Positions 30,648-42,114 of a stretch of DNA of 58,101 nt are shown here, piece after piece (position 1 is the first letter of the stretch; each line of letters starts with the position of its first letter). Under the pieces are notes generated by a model. That model saw only the letters and a program-made list of their open reading frames with translations. It was not told the DNA's origin and made no database searches. The DNA is from an uncultured Acidobacteriaceae bacterium (GTDB taxonomy: Bacteria; Acidobacteriota; Terriglobia; Terriglobales; Acidobacteriaceae), in NCBI GenBank assembly GCA_964246765.1, contig CAXTRW010000002.1, positions 1 to 58,101 on the forward strand. The letters run 5' to 3'. Both the position numbers and the translations under genes were made by a program.

Positions 30648-31103
30648 ATGAAGCGAGTGTTCGCGGTAGGGATCGTGTTGGGGTTGCTGGGCGCGGGCGC
30701 TTGGGGCCAGAGCGGCAGGCGTTTCCCCGCCGAAGCGCTGCACGCCAAAACCGTCGCCGTCGTGAATGACACGCACAGCGACGGCGTCGAAAAAGGCGCG
30801 GCGAGCGCGCTGGCAGCCTGGGGACAATTCAAGCTTACCGAGAACGCCGAAGACGCCGACCTGACCCTGCGCTTTGACAAAAGCACAGATCACGACGGAC
30901 AAAGCTCAGAGAAGACGGGCGACGACGGCAAGCCCAGCTACAGCTACGGGATGAGCTTTGGGTCGTCGATCCATATGAAGGCTTACACAAAGGACGGTTT
31001 CTCGCCCTTTTACACGACTAAAACGGGGGATTCCAAGCGCAAAGCCGGGGTTTCCTGTGTGAATGACTTCCGGGAGGCGTATCGGGCGGCGCAGGCGCAA
31101 TAG
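30648..31103 (+). CDS. Secreted hypothetical protein
   Basis: GGAGG RBS, signal peptide MKRVFAVGIVLGLLGAGAWG. Confidence 0.8.
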   Translation: MKRVFAVGIVLGLLGAGAWGQSGRRFPAEALHAKTVAVVNDTHSDGVEKGAASALAAWGQFKLTENAEDADLTLRFDKSTDHDGQSSEKTGDDGKPSYSYGMSFGSSIHMKAYTKDGFSPFYTTKTGDSKRKAGVSCVNDFREAYRAAQAQ

Positions 31104-31136
31104 AGCCGACAGTCAGACTGGATCGGATGTCATCAC

Positions 31137-31146
31137 ATGATATCAT
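31137..31146. promoter_or_regulatory. Putative antitoxin operator overlapping the -10 box of vapBC
   Basis: Perfect palindrome ATGATATCAT containing TATCAT, 6 nt before the antitoxin ATG. Confidence 0.55.
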
Positions 31147-31152
31147 CTCCCC

Positions 31153-31368
31153 ATGCGTATCCTTGTCGACTTACCTCAAACTCAGATTCACGAATTGAAC
31201 GCTCTCGCCGGCGAGCAAGGCGCCTCGCGCACGGAGCTGGTACGCCGCGCGGTGGCCGCGTTTGTGGCTGAAAAACGCGCGCCCGTTTCCGAGTACTTCG
31301 GATTGTGGGCGAACAACTGCAAAGAAGACCCGGTTGAGTACCAGCGGCGGATGCGCGCTGAGTGGTAG
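31153..31368 (+). CDS. Ribbon-helix-helix (CopG) antitoxin, VapB-like
   Basis: MRILVDLP...SRTELVRRAV...FGLW...YQRRMRAEW. Confidence 0.9.
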   Translation: MRILVDLPQTQIHELNALAGEQGASRTELVRRAVAAFVAEKRAPVSEYFGLWANNCKEDPVEYQRRMRAEW

Positions 31369-31745
31369 CCAAAGCTGCGCTTTTTGACACAAATATCCTG
31401 ATTTCGGCGTTGCAGCGCGGACAGGGCAGGGCCGCTACAGCACTGCTCGAGCCGCGCCCAGCCGCAGCCGCCATCAGCGTGATCACCTGGATGGAGGTGA
31501 TGGTTGGCGCTCCGGCCGCGCGAGAAGAGGAAAGCCGGCGCTTTTTGGGCCGCTTTAAACTTGTCGGGATGGAACACGAGGTTATCGAGCGGGCTGTGCA
31601 GATACGGCGGTCCATGCGCCTCAAGCTCCCCGACGCGATCATTTATGCGGCGGCACTCGCAACAGGGCGCACTCTGGTGACCGCAGACCGAGGCGACTTT
31701 GCTGCCGACGCCCCTGGGATAGAACTTCTCGATTTGTCCCACTAG
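31362..31745 (+). CDS. vapC: PIN domain toxin, VapC family
   Basis: FDTNILI, ITWMEV, LPDAII, LVTAD acidic residues. Confidence 0.92.
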   Translation: MVAKAALFDTNILISALQRGQGRAATALLEPRPAAAAISVITWMEVMVGAPAAREEESRRFLGRFKLVGMEHEVIERAVQIRRSMRLKLPDAIIYAAALATGRTLVTADRGDFAADAPGIELLDLSH

Positions 31746-31858
31746 GGCAGTTCTCGTACACACGTAGAGCGGCCGGCATTGCTGGCTGGGGCTTTTCCGG
31801 CGGGAAAAGCCCCATTGCCACCAAACTCTCCCTCTACACCAATACGAGGACTGCCTTA
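31743..31858 (+). mobile_element. MITE-like repeat, copy 2
   Basis: TAGGGCAGTTCTCGTA...TACGAGGACTGCCTTA; internal hairpin GGGGCTTTTCC-GGCG-GGAAAAGCCCC. Confidence 0.85.
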
Positions 31859-31910
31859 AGGGCAGACCGGCCGGGCTTCGGCTCGCCTCCATTCCAGATA
31901 GCATCGAGAG

Positions 31911-33161
31911 ATGCCTGTTTCTGATTTCCCCTTTCCTGCGCTCGCCGTGAGCGCGACCGTTTCCCGCCGCGCGGCGGACCGCCTCCGCTCCGGCCATGTT
32001 TGGGTGTATCGCTCCGACCTGCTCGCGATTGAGCCTGAAAGCGCTGCCGCGGGGCTCATGGCAGTGCACGATCAGGCCGGGCGGCTGTTGGGCACGGCGT
32101 TGTGGAGCCCGACTTCCGAAATCGCGCTGCGCCTGGTTTCCTGCGAGGCGTTCGCTCCCGACGCGTGGATCCCGCTCCTGAGGGAGCGCCTACAGCGGGC
32201 ATTGGCGCGGCGGGAAGGGCTGCTGGACGAAGGTACCGACAGCTGCCGCCTGGTGTTCTCCGAGGCTGACGAGCTGCCGGGGCTTGTGGTCGACAAGTAC
32301 GCAGGCCTCGCTATCTTTCAGCTGCTCGCCGCCGGGCTGGATACGCCGGAGGTGCGCGCGGCCGTGGTGGAGGAGCTCTCCACCGGCCTTGCGGGGATTG
32401 AAACGGTGCTGGAGCGGCCCGACCCGCGCATCCGCGAGCTGGAGGCGCTGTCTGCTCCCGCACTGGGACCGCTGTGGAGCAGTTCCGCGTCGCTCGAAAG
32501 CGCCCGTACCGCGACCGAGTTCCGGCTGAACGGGCTGCGCTTCCTGTACGACGCGAATGCAGGCCAGAAAACGGGCGCTTTCCTCGACCAGCGCCTGAAC
32601 TACCGGCTCGCCGCCGAGCACGGGCACGGGGACGCGCTGGACGTGTGCACCTACCAGGGCGGCTTCGCGCTGCACCTGGCGACTACCTGCCGGGCGGTCA
32701 CGGGGCTCGACACCTCCGAGGCCGCGCTCACGGTCGCCGAGCAAAATCTGGCCCTGAACCGCGAAGCGCTGGGCGGGATCGAGGTGGACTGGGTGCGCGG
32801 GGACGCCTTCGCCGTGCTGCGCGACTGGTCCGATGCCGGTGCCGAGTACAACACGATCGTGCTGGACCCCCCTGCGTTCGCCAAAACCAAGCGCGCCGCC
32901 GAAAGCGCCTTGCGCGGCTACAAGGAACTGAATCTGCGCGCGCTCAAGATGCTGCGCCCAGGCGGGACGCTGGTGACCTGCTCGTGCTCCCATCACGTGC
33001 CGTTGGACGAGTTTCAGGCCGTGGTGGCCGCGGCTGCCGGCGACGCGGGGCGGCGGGTTCGCCTGCTGGAGCGAACCGGGGCTTCGCCGGACCACCCGGT
33101 GATCCTGACGATTCCGGAGACAGAGTACCTGAAGTGTCTGGTGCTGGAGGTGGAGAGCTAG
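31911..33161 (+). CDS. RlmI-like SAM-dependent rRNA methyltransferase
   Basis: PUA-like GHVWVYRS, GQKTGAFLDQR, LDPPAF, TCSCS, PETEYLK. Confidence 0.92.
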   Translation: MPVSDFPFPALAVSATVSRRAADRLRSGHVWVYRSDLLAIEPESAAAGLMAVHDQAGRLLGTALWSPTSEIALRLVSCEAFAPDAWIPLLRERLQRALARREGLLDEGTDSCRLVFSEADELPGLVVDKYAGLAIFQLLAAGLDTPEVRAAVVEELSTGLAGIETVLERPDPRIRELEALSAPALGPLWSSSASLESARTATEFRLNGLRFLYDANAGQKTGAFLDQRLNYRLAAEHGHGDALDVCTYQGGFALHLATTCRAVTGLDTSEAALTVAEQNLALNREALGGIEVDWVRGDAFAVLRDWSDAGAEYNTIVLDPPAFAKTKRAAESALRGYKELNLRALKMLRPGGTLVTCSCSHHVPLDEFQAVVAAAAGDAGRRVRLLERTGASPDHPVILTIPETEYLKCLVLEVES

Positions 33162-33166
33162 TTTAA

Positions 33167-33187
33167 CTTGACACTAACAGACTCACA
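33167..33187 (+). promoter_or_regulatory. HAIR-like operator / -35 box upstream of clpB
   Basis: CTTGACA-CTAACAG-ACTCACA versus HspR HAIR consensus CTTGAGT-N7-ACTCAAG (5/7 in each arm); includes TTGACA. Confidence 0.5.
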
Positions 33188-33268
33188 TTTTGTGCATCCA
33201 ATACCGAGCACACACGTCTAAGACATAGGGTGGTTACCCGCATTCTTAACAAGGAAGCTGTATCAGGT

Positions 33269-35893
<2,625 letters not shown>

Positions 35894-35914
35894 GCAGGCT
35901 CCCTGCGATCAGAA

Positions 35915-35943
35915 GCGGGAAGGCCGACCACAGGCCTTCCCGC
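35915..35943. terminator. Hairpin between clpB and the convergent insert
   Basis: GCGGGAAGGCC-GACCACA-GGCCTTCCCGC; no strong U-tract. Confidence 0.6.
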
Positions 35944-35964
35944 GGGCCTCTGCATCAGCGCTGT

Positions 35965-36582
35965 TCACTGCGCCTTCGGCGCGGGTGCAAGCAGTTTCAT
36001 TCGTTTGTAAGTTTGAAACATCGACGGGTCGGGTTCCTGCCCGGTCTTGATGTTTGTCCACTCCCGGCTCACGTGCGCTTTCATCTCGGCCGTCGGCGGA
36101 AGGTCTGTTTCTTCTCGAATCTCCGGCATCTGCAAGCCGGTCGGATGCCAAATGCGGCCGATCACGTTTCCCTTGCTGTCCTTCATTGGAAGGATTTGGC
36201 AAGGGTAGCCGTCGATCGTGGCTTCCGCAAGTACGAGGGAAGCGGGAACGGTCATCTCCTTAGGAGATGGAGGCGGACTAAGTGTGCGCCCTTGGACGGC
36301 TGTTCCGCTATCGTAATTCAAAAAGTAGAAAGCCTTGCCGGACATACTCATGAGACGGCCCGCGTGCTTCTGTGTGCCTCCCTGAATTGTGTCGGTGTAG
36401 GTGAGCAGTGTCGAGCCGTCCGAGCTTCGGTAGAACTTACCGGTAAGCTCATGGCGCTCTTTGGTCCCATTGCTGTACACGATACTCTGAGTTTCCTTGT
36501 AGTCCGAGGTGATCGGGAGCCATTGCGCGTACGCACTTCCAGATAGAGCGAGCGCAGCGAACAAAAGAATTGTCTGTCGCAT
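35965..36582 (-). CDS. Secreted beta-rich protein (DUF4412/LolA-MucB-like, tentative)
   Basis: AAAGGAG RBS, signal peptide ending AYA-Q, GKFYRSSDG, TIDGYPC, TNIKTGQEPDPSMF. Confidence 0.75.
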   Translation of the reverse strand: MRQTILLFAALALSGSAYAQWLPITSDYKETQSIVYSNGTKERHELTGKFYRSSDGSTLLTYTDTIQGGTQKHAGRLMSMSGKAFYFLNYDSGTAVQGRTLSPPPSPKEMTVPASLVLAEATIDGYPCQILPMKDSKGNVIGRIWHPTGLQMPEIREETDLPPTAEMKAHVSREWTNIKTGQEPDPSMFQTYKRMKLLAPAPKAQ

Positions 36583-36595
36583 GATTCGTTCTCCT

Positions 36596-36859
36596 TTATG
36601 CACACAGGCAGCAGCCTGTATCTATGGTGTAGCTGCCTCCGCACCCGAGACAGAGACAGGTGGCGTACGCTTCGCCGCAGCCGCCGCAGGACGCCTGGCC
36701 CAGACAGTATTGGTTCGTGATGAAGCAGTCATTCCCGCAACTGCCGAAGGCGGGACATTCCTGAGAAACCGCGGCCGGTAGATACATTGCCACGCCAAGT
36801 GCAAAAGCAGTTGCGAGGAGCGCTGTGGGTCGGTTCCGTACTTCCTTTCGAATGAGCAT
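36596..36859 (-). CDS. Secreted cysteine-rich peptide (87 aa, 12 Cys)
   Basis: AAGGAG RBS, basic then hydrophobic signal, mature QECPAFGSCGNDCFITNQYCLGQASCGGCGEAYATCLCLGCGGSYTIDTGCCLCA. Confidence 0.75.
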   Translation of the reverse strand: MLIRKEVRNRPTALLATAFALGVAMYLPAAVSQECPAFGSCGNDCFITNQYCLGQASCGGCGEAYATCLCLGCGGSYTIDTGCCLCA

Positions 36860-36910
36860 AGGGATGCTCCTTATGGATGAGATAGTCACAATTTTTTGTG
36901 ACGCGAAGAA

Positions 36911-36938
36911 AATATACCCGTAGGGGAAAAAAAATCAA
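36911..36938 (-). promoter_or_regulatory. Putative sigma70 promoter with a T8 tract running into the spacer
   Basis: TTGATT-16 nt-TATATT on the minus strand; A8 run at 36927-36934 on the plus strand. Confidence 0.55.
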
Positions 36939-37008
36939 GACCCTGTCGAAATCGGTGTAGCGTTCGACTTCTCTAGAGTTTTAAGCCCGCAAACTTTGAC
37001 CCCAGCGC

Positions 37009-37917
37009 TCAGAACGAAAACACCGGCCCCGGCTGCACACCCCAGCTGCACACCCCAGCTGCCGCCCTGCGATGCACGAGCGCGACACGCGGTATGCCCT
37101 GCAGGTCGGGCACAAACAGGGGCGCACTCCAGCGCGGGTCTTGAGCAAAAAGCGTCTCCAGCGCCGCTTGCTGGCCCGCGCCTAGCTCCGCGGCGAACAG
37201 GCCGCCGGGGCGGAGGTGTGCGATCGCTTGCGGCAGGAATGCGCGATACACAGCCAAACCATCCGGCCCGGCAAAAAGCGCGCCGTGCGGCTCCCACTCC
37301 GCTACTTGCGGTTCCAGCCTTTCGGTGCTCGCGACGTAGGGCGGGTTTGAAACGATCGCGTCGTAGCGCTCGCTGCTGACGGCTGCGAGCAGGTCCGACT
37401 CGAGGCAGCGCACACGGCTGATGAGGCCGAGCGCCCGCGCGTTTTCCTCGGCGATCGCGAGCGCATCGGGGGAAATATCGAGCGCGTCCACCCGCGCTAG
37501 AGGCCGCTCGTGCGCGAGCGCTAATGCAATAGCGCCCGAGCCCGTGCCGACATCCGCAATGTGCAGCGGCCGATCTCGCGACAAACGCGCAAGCACCGCT
37601 TCGACCAGGTGCTCGGTCTCGGGCCGCGGGATCAGCACTGCGGGCGTAACGCGGAAACGCAGGCCGTAGAACTCCTGTTCGCCGACGATGTACTGGATGG
37701 GCTCGTGCTGGAGACGTCGGGCAAGAAAGGCTTGATAGCGCTCCATCTGCGATTCCGTGAGCGGAACATCGGGATTGGCGAGGAGCCAGGCTCGATCGCG
37801 CGCGAGAACGTGGCGCAGGAGCAGTTCCGCGTTGTGACCTGGGTAACTGGAGATAGGGGCGAGAAGGTTGCGCGCGTCCTGCAATACGGTTCTGATGGGG
37901 AACGAACTACTGTTCAC
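37009..37917 (-). CDS. prmC: Release factor glutamine methyltransferase
   Basis: EPIQYI, VLIPRPETE, DVGTGSG, VSNPPY. Confidence 0.96.
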   Translation of the reverse strand: MNSSSFPIRTVLQDARNLLAPISSYPGHNAELLLRHVLARDRAWLLANPDVPLTESQMERYQAFLARRLQHEPIQYIVGEQEFYGLRFRVTPAVLIPRPETEHLVEAVLARLSRDRPLHIADVGTGSGAIALALAHERPLARVDALDISPDALAIAEENARALGLISRVRCLESDLLAAVSSERYDAIVSNPPYVASTERLEPQVAEWEPHGALFAGPDGLAVYRAFLPQAIAHLRPGGLFAAELGAGQQAALETLFAQDPRWSAPLFVPDLQGIPRVALVHRRAAAGVCSWGVQPGPVFSF

Positions 37918-37929
37918 GAGAACTTACCG

Positions 37930-38463
37930 ATGCACCCAGAGCAGCAAACACTGCTGGGAAGATTAAAAAACGAACTGACCGACTATGCTTGCCTAAACTT
38001 GCATGGTGCAATGCCGCGTGGAGCGGGGACGGCCTTGCTCACCAAGTTTATCTGCAGGTGGGCGCGGCGGGAAAAACTCTCTTGCGTGCGCGAGGTTCAC
38101 CTGGGCGCTTTTCGCCAAGTCGACGCGGACAATGACCGCCGCCGAGGTCTCGTCGATTTCCTGCTTAGCAATACGTTCGCAATTGAACTGGACAGTTCCA
38201 ACAAGCGATGGTCGCTTGCCAAGCTCGAACATGCAGCGACTGCGGGTTATGTCGCCGTTTGGATCCGCTGGCATACTCCGAACCGCATAGCAGTGCCGCC
38301 CTTCGTACACCTGATCAGCTTGCCAGTCAGAGCCGCCGGGAGAAGAACCCGCTACGAACGATACTTGCCGCCCGGGCCTGCGACGAATCCGCTGCCTGCG
38401 TCGGAGCTACTGCCCACGGCTCGCGTAACTCGCTCATCCAGAATGCGATTAACAAGTTCTTGA
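37930..38463 (+). CDS. Putative PD-(D/E)XK-like nuclease
   Basis: REV...RRGLVDFLLSNTFAIELDSSNKRWSLAKL...WIRW pattern; antisense to the surrounding operon. Confidence 0.55.
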   Translation: MHPEQQTLLGRLKNELTDYACLNLHGAMPRGAGTALLTKFICRWARREKLSCVREVHLGAFRQVDADNDRRRGLVDFLLSNTFAIELDSSNKRWSLAKLEHAATAGYVAVWIRWHTPNRIAVPPFVHLISLPVRAAGRRTRYERYLPPGPATNPLPASELLPTARVTRSSRMRLTSS

Positions 38464-38705
38464 AGCACGGGCTGCCTCTTCTGGACGTCTTCCGCGGAAA
38501 AAGGTCCGAATGAGTTCTCCCAGACATGCATGACCGCTGTTGAGACTCGTTCGCTGGTCAGCTGGTCGTCGCCGAGCTGTTCCAATGCGAACTGAATTTC
38601 GCGAGCCTCGTCTGAGTACTCGTCCTCGGGAGCGCCCACCGCGAGCAGGCCTTCCATGTCTTCGGCTCGTAAGATCGCGTCCACTGCCGCTACCGAAACC
38701 GTCAT
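38352..38705 (-). CDS. Putative immunity/antitoxin protein (DUF1871/YugE-like, tentative)
   Basis: Acidic; EDMEGLLAVGAPEDEYSDEA...VWENSFG; GGAGG RBS and ATGA overlap with the upstream gene stop. Confidence 0.7.
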   Translation of the reverse strand: MTVSVAAVDAILRAEDMEGLLAVGAPEDEYSDEAREIQFALEQLGDDQLTSERVSTAVMHVWENSFGPFSAEDVQKRQPVLQELVNRILDERVTRAVGSSSDAGSGFVAGPGGKYRS

Positions 38706-38947
38706 TTCTGCCTCCACCATGCGGTAATCAGCTTACCCGCGTTTCTGCCGGCTGTCTCCAACACCGCCGTCAAGCCGTTTGTACCTGTGTATACGCTTTG
38801 CGGCGTCCCGTACTTGCCTATTTGGAACTCGACCTGGCCAGTCTTTCTTGCGCTGTCGATTGCCTGCTGCACATCCTGGGGCGAGTAGCTGCGGCTTGCA
38901 CTGCGGACGTCGCCATGCCTCGTATTGCCAGTATATTCCCCGGCCAC
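38702..38947 (-). CDS. Putative small RNase toxin (DUF4258/colicin E5-like, tentative)
   Basis: TRHGDVRSASR...VQQAI...G...VY...GLTAVL...GKLITAW; GGAGG inside the prfA 3' end, 9 nt before the GTG. Confidence 0.65.
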   Translation of the reverse strand: MAGEYTGNTRHGDVRSASRSYSPQDVQQAIDSARKTGQVEFQIGKYGTPQSVYTGTNGLTAVLETAGRNAGKLITAWWRQK

Positions 38948-38948
38948 C

Positions 38949-40022
<1,074 letters not shown>

Positions 40023-40179
40023 GGGTGGTCCTCAAGAGGGTGCGACGGCATTGGGTTTGCGGGAGGGGTGCAAGGGCGCAGGGCGGCGGGGGCCGCTAGA
40101 GGAGGACGCCGGTGTGGAGGGCGAGGCGCATGCTCGGTTAGTTTACCAAACAAGCCGCGGCCTGCATCTATCCTCAGCG

Positions 40180-42036
40180 ATGACCGAAGTAAGCACAATG
40201 GAGGGCGCGCTGAGCCGCTGGGCCGCGACCTGCGAAGCCCTGGGCGCGACCACCAAGAAGCTCGAAAAGCGTGCGATCCTTGCCGCGTATCTGCAGTCGC
40301 TGGCCGTGGAGGACGCCGCCCGCGCGGCGCAGTACATCGCGGGCGAGCCGTTCGCCGAGGCCGACGGGCGCAATCTAAGCGTGGGTGGCGCGCTTTTATC
40401 CCGAGCGCTCGCCGCGCGCAGCGGTGCCGCACCGGAAGCGCTGACGCTCGCCTTCCGCCGCCACGGCGACATCGGCGCGGCGGCTGAGGAGCTCATCGCC
40501 TCGCCGCGGGCTGGGCCGCCGACCACGCTCGCGGAGCTCCAAGCCGCGCTGGAGGAAACCGCCGCCGCGCGCGGGCCTGCCGCCAAGCTGCGCGTGCTGA
40601 ATCCGCTGCTGGCCCGGTGCTCCGGGCTCGAGGCAAAGTACATCTTCAAGCTCATCTCGGGCGACATGCGCATCGGCGTGAAGCAAAGCCTGGTGGAGGA
40701 CGCGATCGCCGCTGCGTACGGGCGTGAAATTGCGGCTGTGCGCCACGCCGGGATGCTGATCGGCTCGCTGGGCGAGGTGGTCGAGCGCGCCGCCGCGGGT
40801 ACGCTTGGCGAGGCCCGGATGCGCTTGTTTCACCCGCTCGGCTTTATGCTCGCCAGCCCGGTGGACAGCGTGGAAGAGGCGGTCGCCCGCTTTGCCGAGG
40901 GGGTGAAAGCCGAGCACGCCGGAGTGGAACCGGCAAGCGAGCCGGCCGGTGCCGAACCGATCGAGCAAGTGCCCGCGGAGCAGCTGCTGCGCGAAGCCCA
41001 GCTAGAAGACAAGTACGACGGCATACGGGCCCAGCTGCACGCGGGCTCGCCCGAGGAGCCGGGCCGCGTGGGTCTGTTTTCGCGCAACCGTGAAGACTTG
41101 CGCGCCGCTTTTCCCGAGCTGGTCGAGGCGTTTGCCGCGCTCCCGGAGCCGGCGATTCTTGACGGGGAAATCCTGGCCTGGGCGCCCGCCGACGCCCGCG
41201 CGCTTCCCTTCTCCTCGCTGCAAACGCGGCTCCGGCGCAAGCAGGTCTCCGCCGAAATGCGCCGCGATTTGCCCGTTGTGTTCATGGCCTTTGACATCCT
41301 TTACGCGGACGGGCGCTTGCTATTGGACCAGTCTTTAACCGCGCGCCGCGAACGGCTGGCTCGCTACCTCGGCGACCACGCGGCGCAAACCGACGGCCGC
41401 CACACCCTCACTGCCGGCCAGTCAGTCCTGTTCAACCCCGCACAGTCCGAAAACCCTGCTTTCCCACGCCTGCTGCTCGCGCCCGCGACGCGCCTCAACA
41501 GCGCCGCGCAGCTGGACGCGGCCTACACCGAAGCCCGCGCGCGCGGCAATGAAGGCGTGATGCTGAAGGCAAGCGCCAGCCTGTACCAGCCCGGTCGCCG
41601 CGGCCTGGCCTGGCTTAAGCTCAAGCGCGAGCTCGCGACGCTGGACGTCGTGGTCACGGGCGCGGAGTTCGGCTCTGGGCGCCGGGCGCGGTTCCTCAGC
41701 GACTACACATTCGCGGTGCGCGGACCGCAGGGTGAGCTGCTCAACGTCGGCAAGGCCTACTCCGGGGTCACCGACGCAGAGCTGGCCGCGCTTTCGGGGC
41801 ACTTTCATTCGACGACCATCGAACAGTTCGATCATTATCGAACTGTCGTGCCGGACACGGTGTTTGAGGTCGCGTTCAACAACATCACCCGATCGCCACG
41901 CCACGCCAGCGGCTTCGCACTGCGCTTTCCGCGCATTGTGCGCATCCGCACTGACAAACCGGTGGAGGAGATCGACACCGTCACCCGCGTGGAAGAGCTT
42001 TACAATGAGCAGCCGGACAGGCCGGTAGAGCCCTGA
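40180..42036 (+). CDS. ATP-dependent DNA ligase
   Basis: EDKYDGIR, ILDGEI, AFDIL, EGVMLK, WLKLK, LRFPRI; N-terminal DNA-binding domain. Confidence 0.95.
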   Translation: MTEVSTMEGALSRWAATCEALGATTKKLEKRAILAAYLQSLAVEDAARAAQYIAGEPFAEADGRNLSVGGALLSRALAARSGAAPEALTLAFRRHGDIGAAAEELIASPRAGPPTTLAELQAALEETAAARGPAAKLRVLNPLLARCSGLEAKYIFKLISGDMRIGVKQSLVEDAIAAAYGREIAAVRHAGMLIGSLGEVVERAAAGTLGEARMRLFHPLGFMLASPVDSVEEAVARFAEGVKAEHAGVEPASEPAGAEPIEQVPAEQLLREAQLEDKYDGIRAQLHAGSPEEPGRVGLFSRNREDLRAAFPELVEAFAALPEPAILDGEILAWAPADARALPFSSLQTRLRRKQVSAEMRRDLPVVFMAFDILYADGRLLLDQSLTARRERLARYLGDHAAQTDGRHTLTAGQSVLFNPAQSENPAFPRLLLAPATRLNSAAQLDAAYTEARARGNEGVMLKASASLYQPGRRGLAWLKLKRELATLDVVVTGAEFGSGRRARFLSDYTFAVRGPQGELLNVGKAYSGVTDAELAALSGHFHSTTIEQFDHYRTVVPDTVFEVAFNNITRSPRHASGFALRFPRIVRIRTDKPVEEIDTVTRVEELYNEQPDRPVEP

Positions 42037-42064
42037 GCTTTCGGCTGTCCGAATCGAGCAACAC

Positions 42065-42095
42065 GGGTGCCCCATGTCTCGCTTCTGAGACACGG
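42065..42095. repeat. REP-like palindrome between convergent genes
   Basis: GGGTGCCCCATGTCTC-GCTTCT-GAGACACGG: GGTG tetranucleotide followed by a hairpin; single copy in this window. Confidence 0.5.
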
Positions 42096-42114
42096 TTTTG
42101 CGCGGGAAGCCGCG

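Noticed and set aside
36596-36859. Ranthipeptide/lanthipeptide precursor or classical metallothionein call
   Set aside because: No modifying enzyme nearby, and the N-terminus looks like a Sec signal rather than a RiPP leader; classical metallothioneins are cytoplasmic. Kept as an unclassified peptide.
37032-37062. 13-bp tandem duplication (GCTGCACACCCCA x2) at the prmC 3' end
   Set aside because: Lies after the catalytic domain and only changes a non-conserved tail.
37561-37929. N-terminal 123 aa of the 300-aa plus-strand ORF in the track
   Set aside because: Overlaps prmC antisense; only the part from ATG 37930 looks protein-like.
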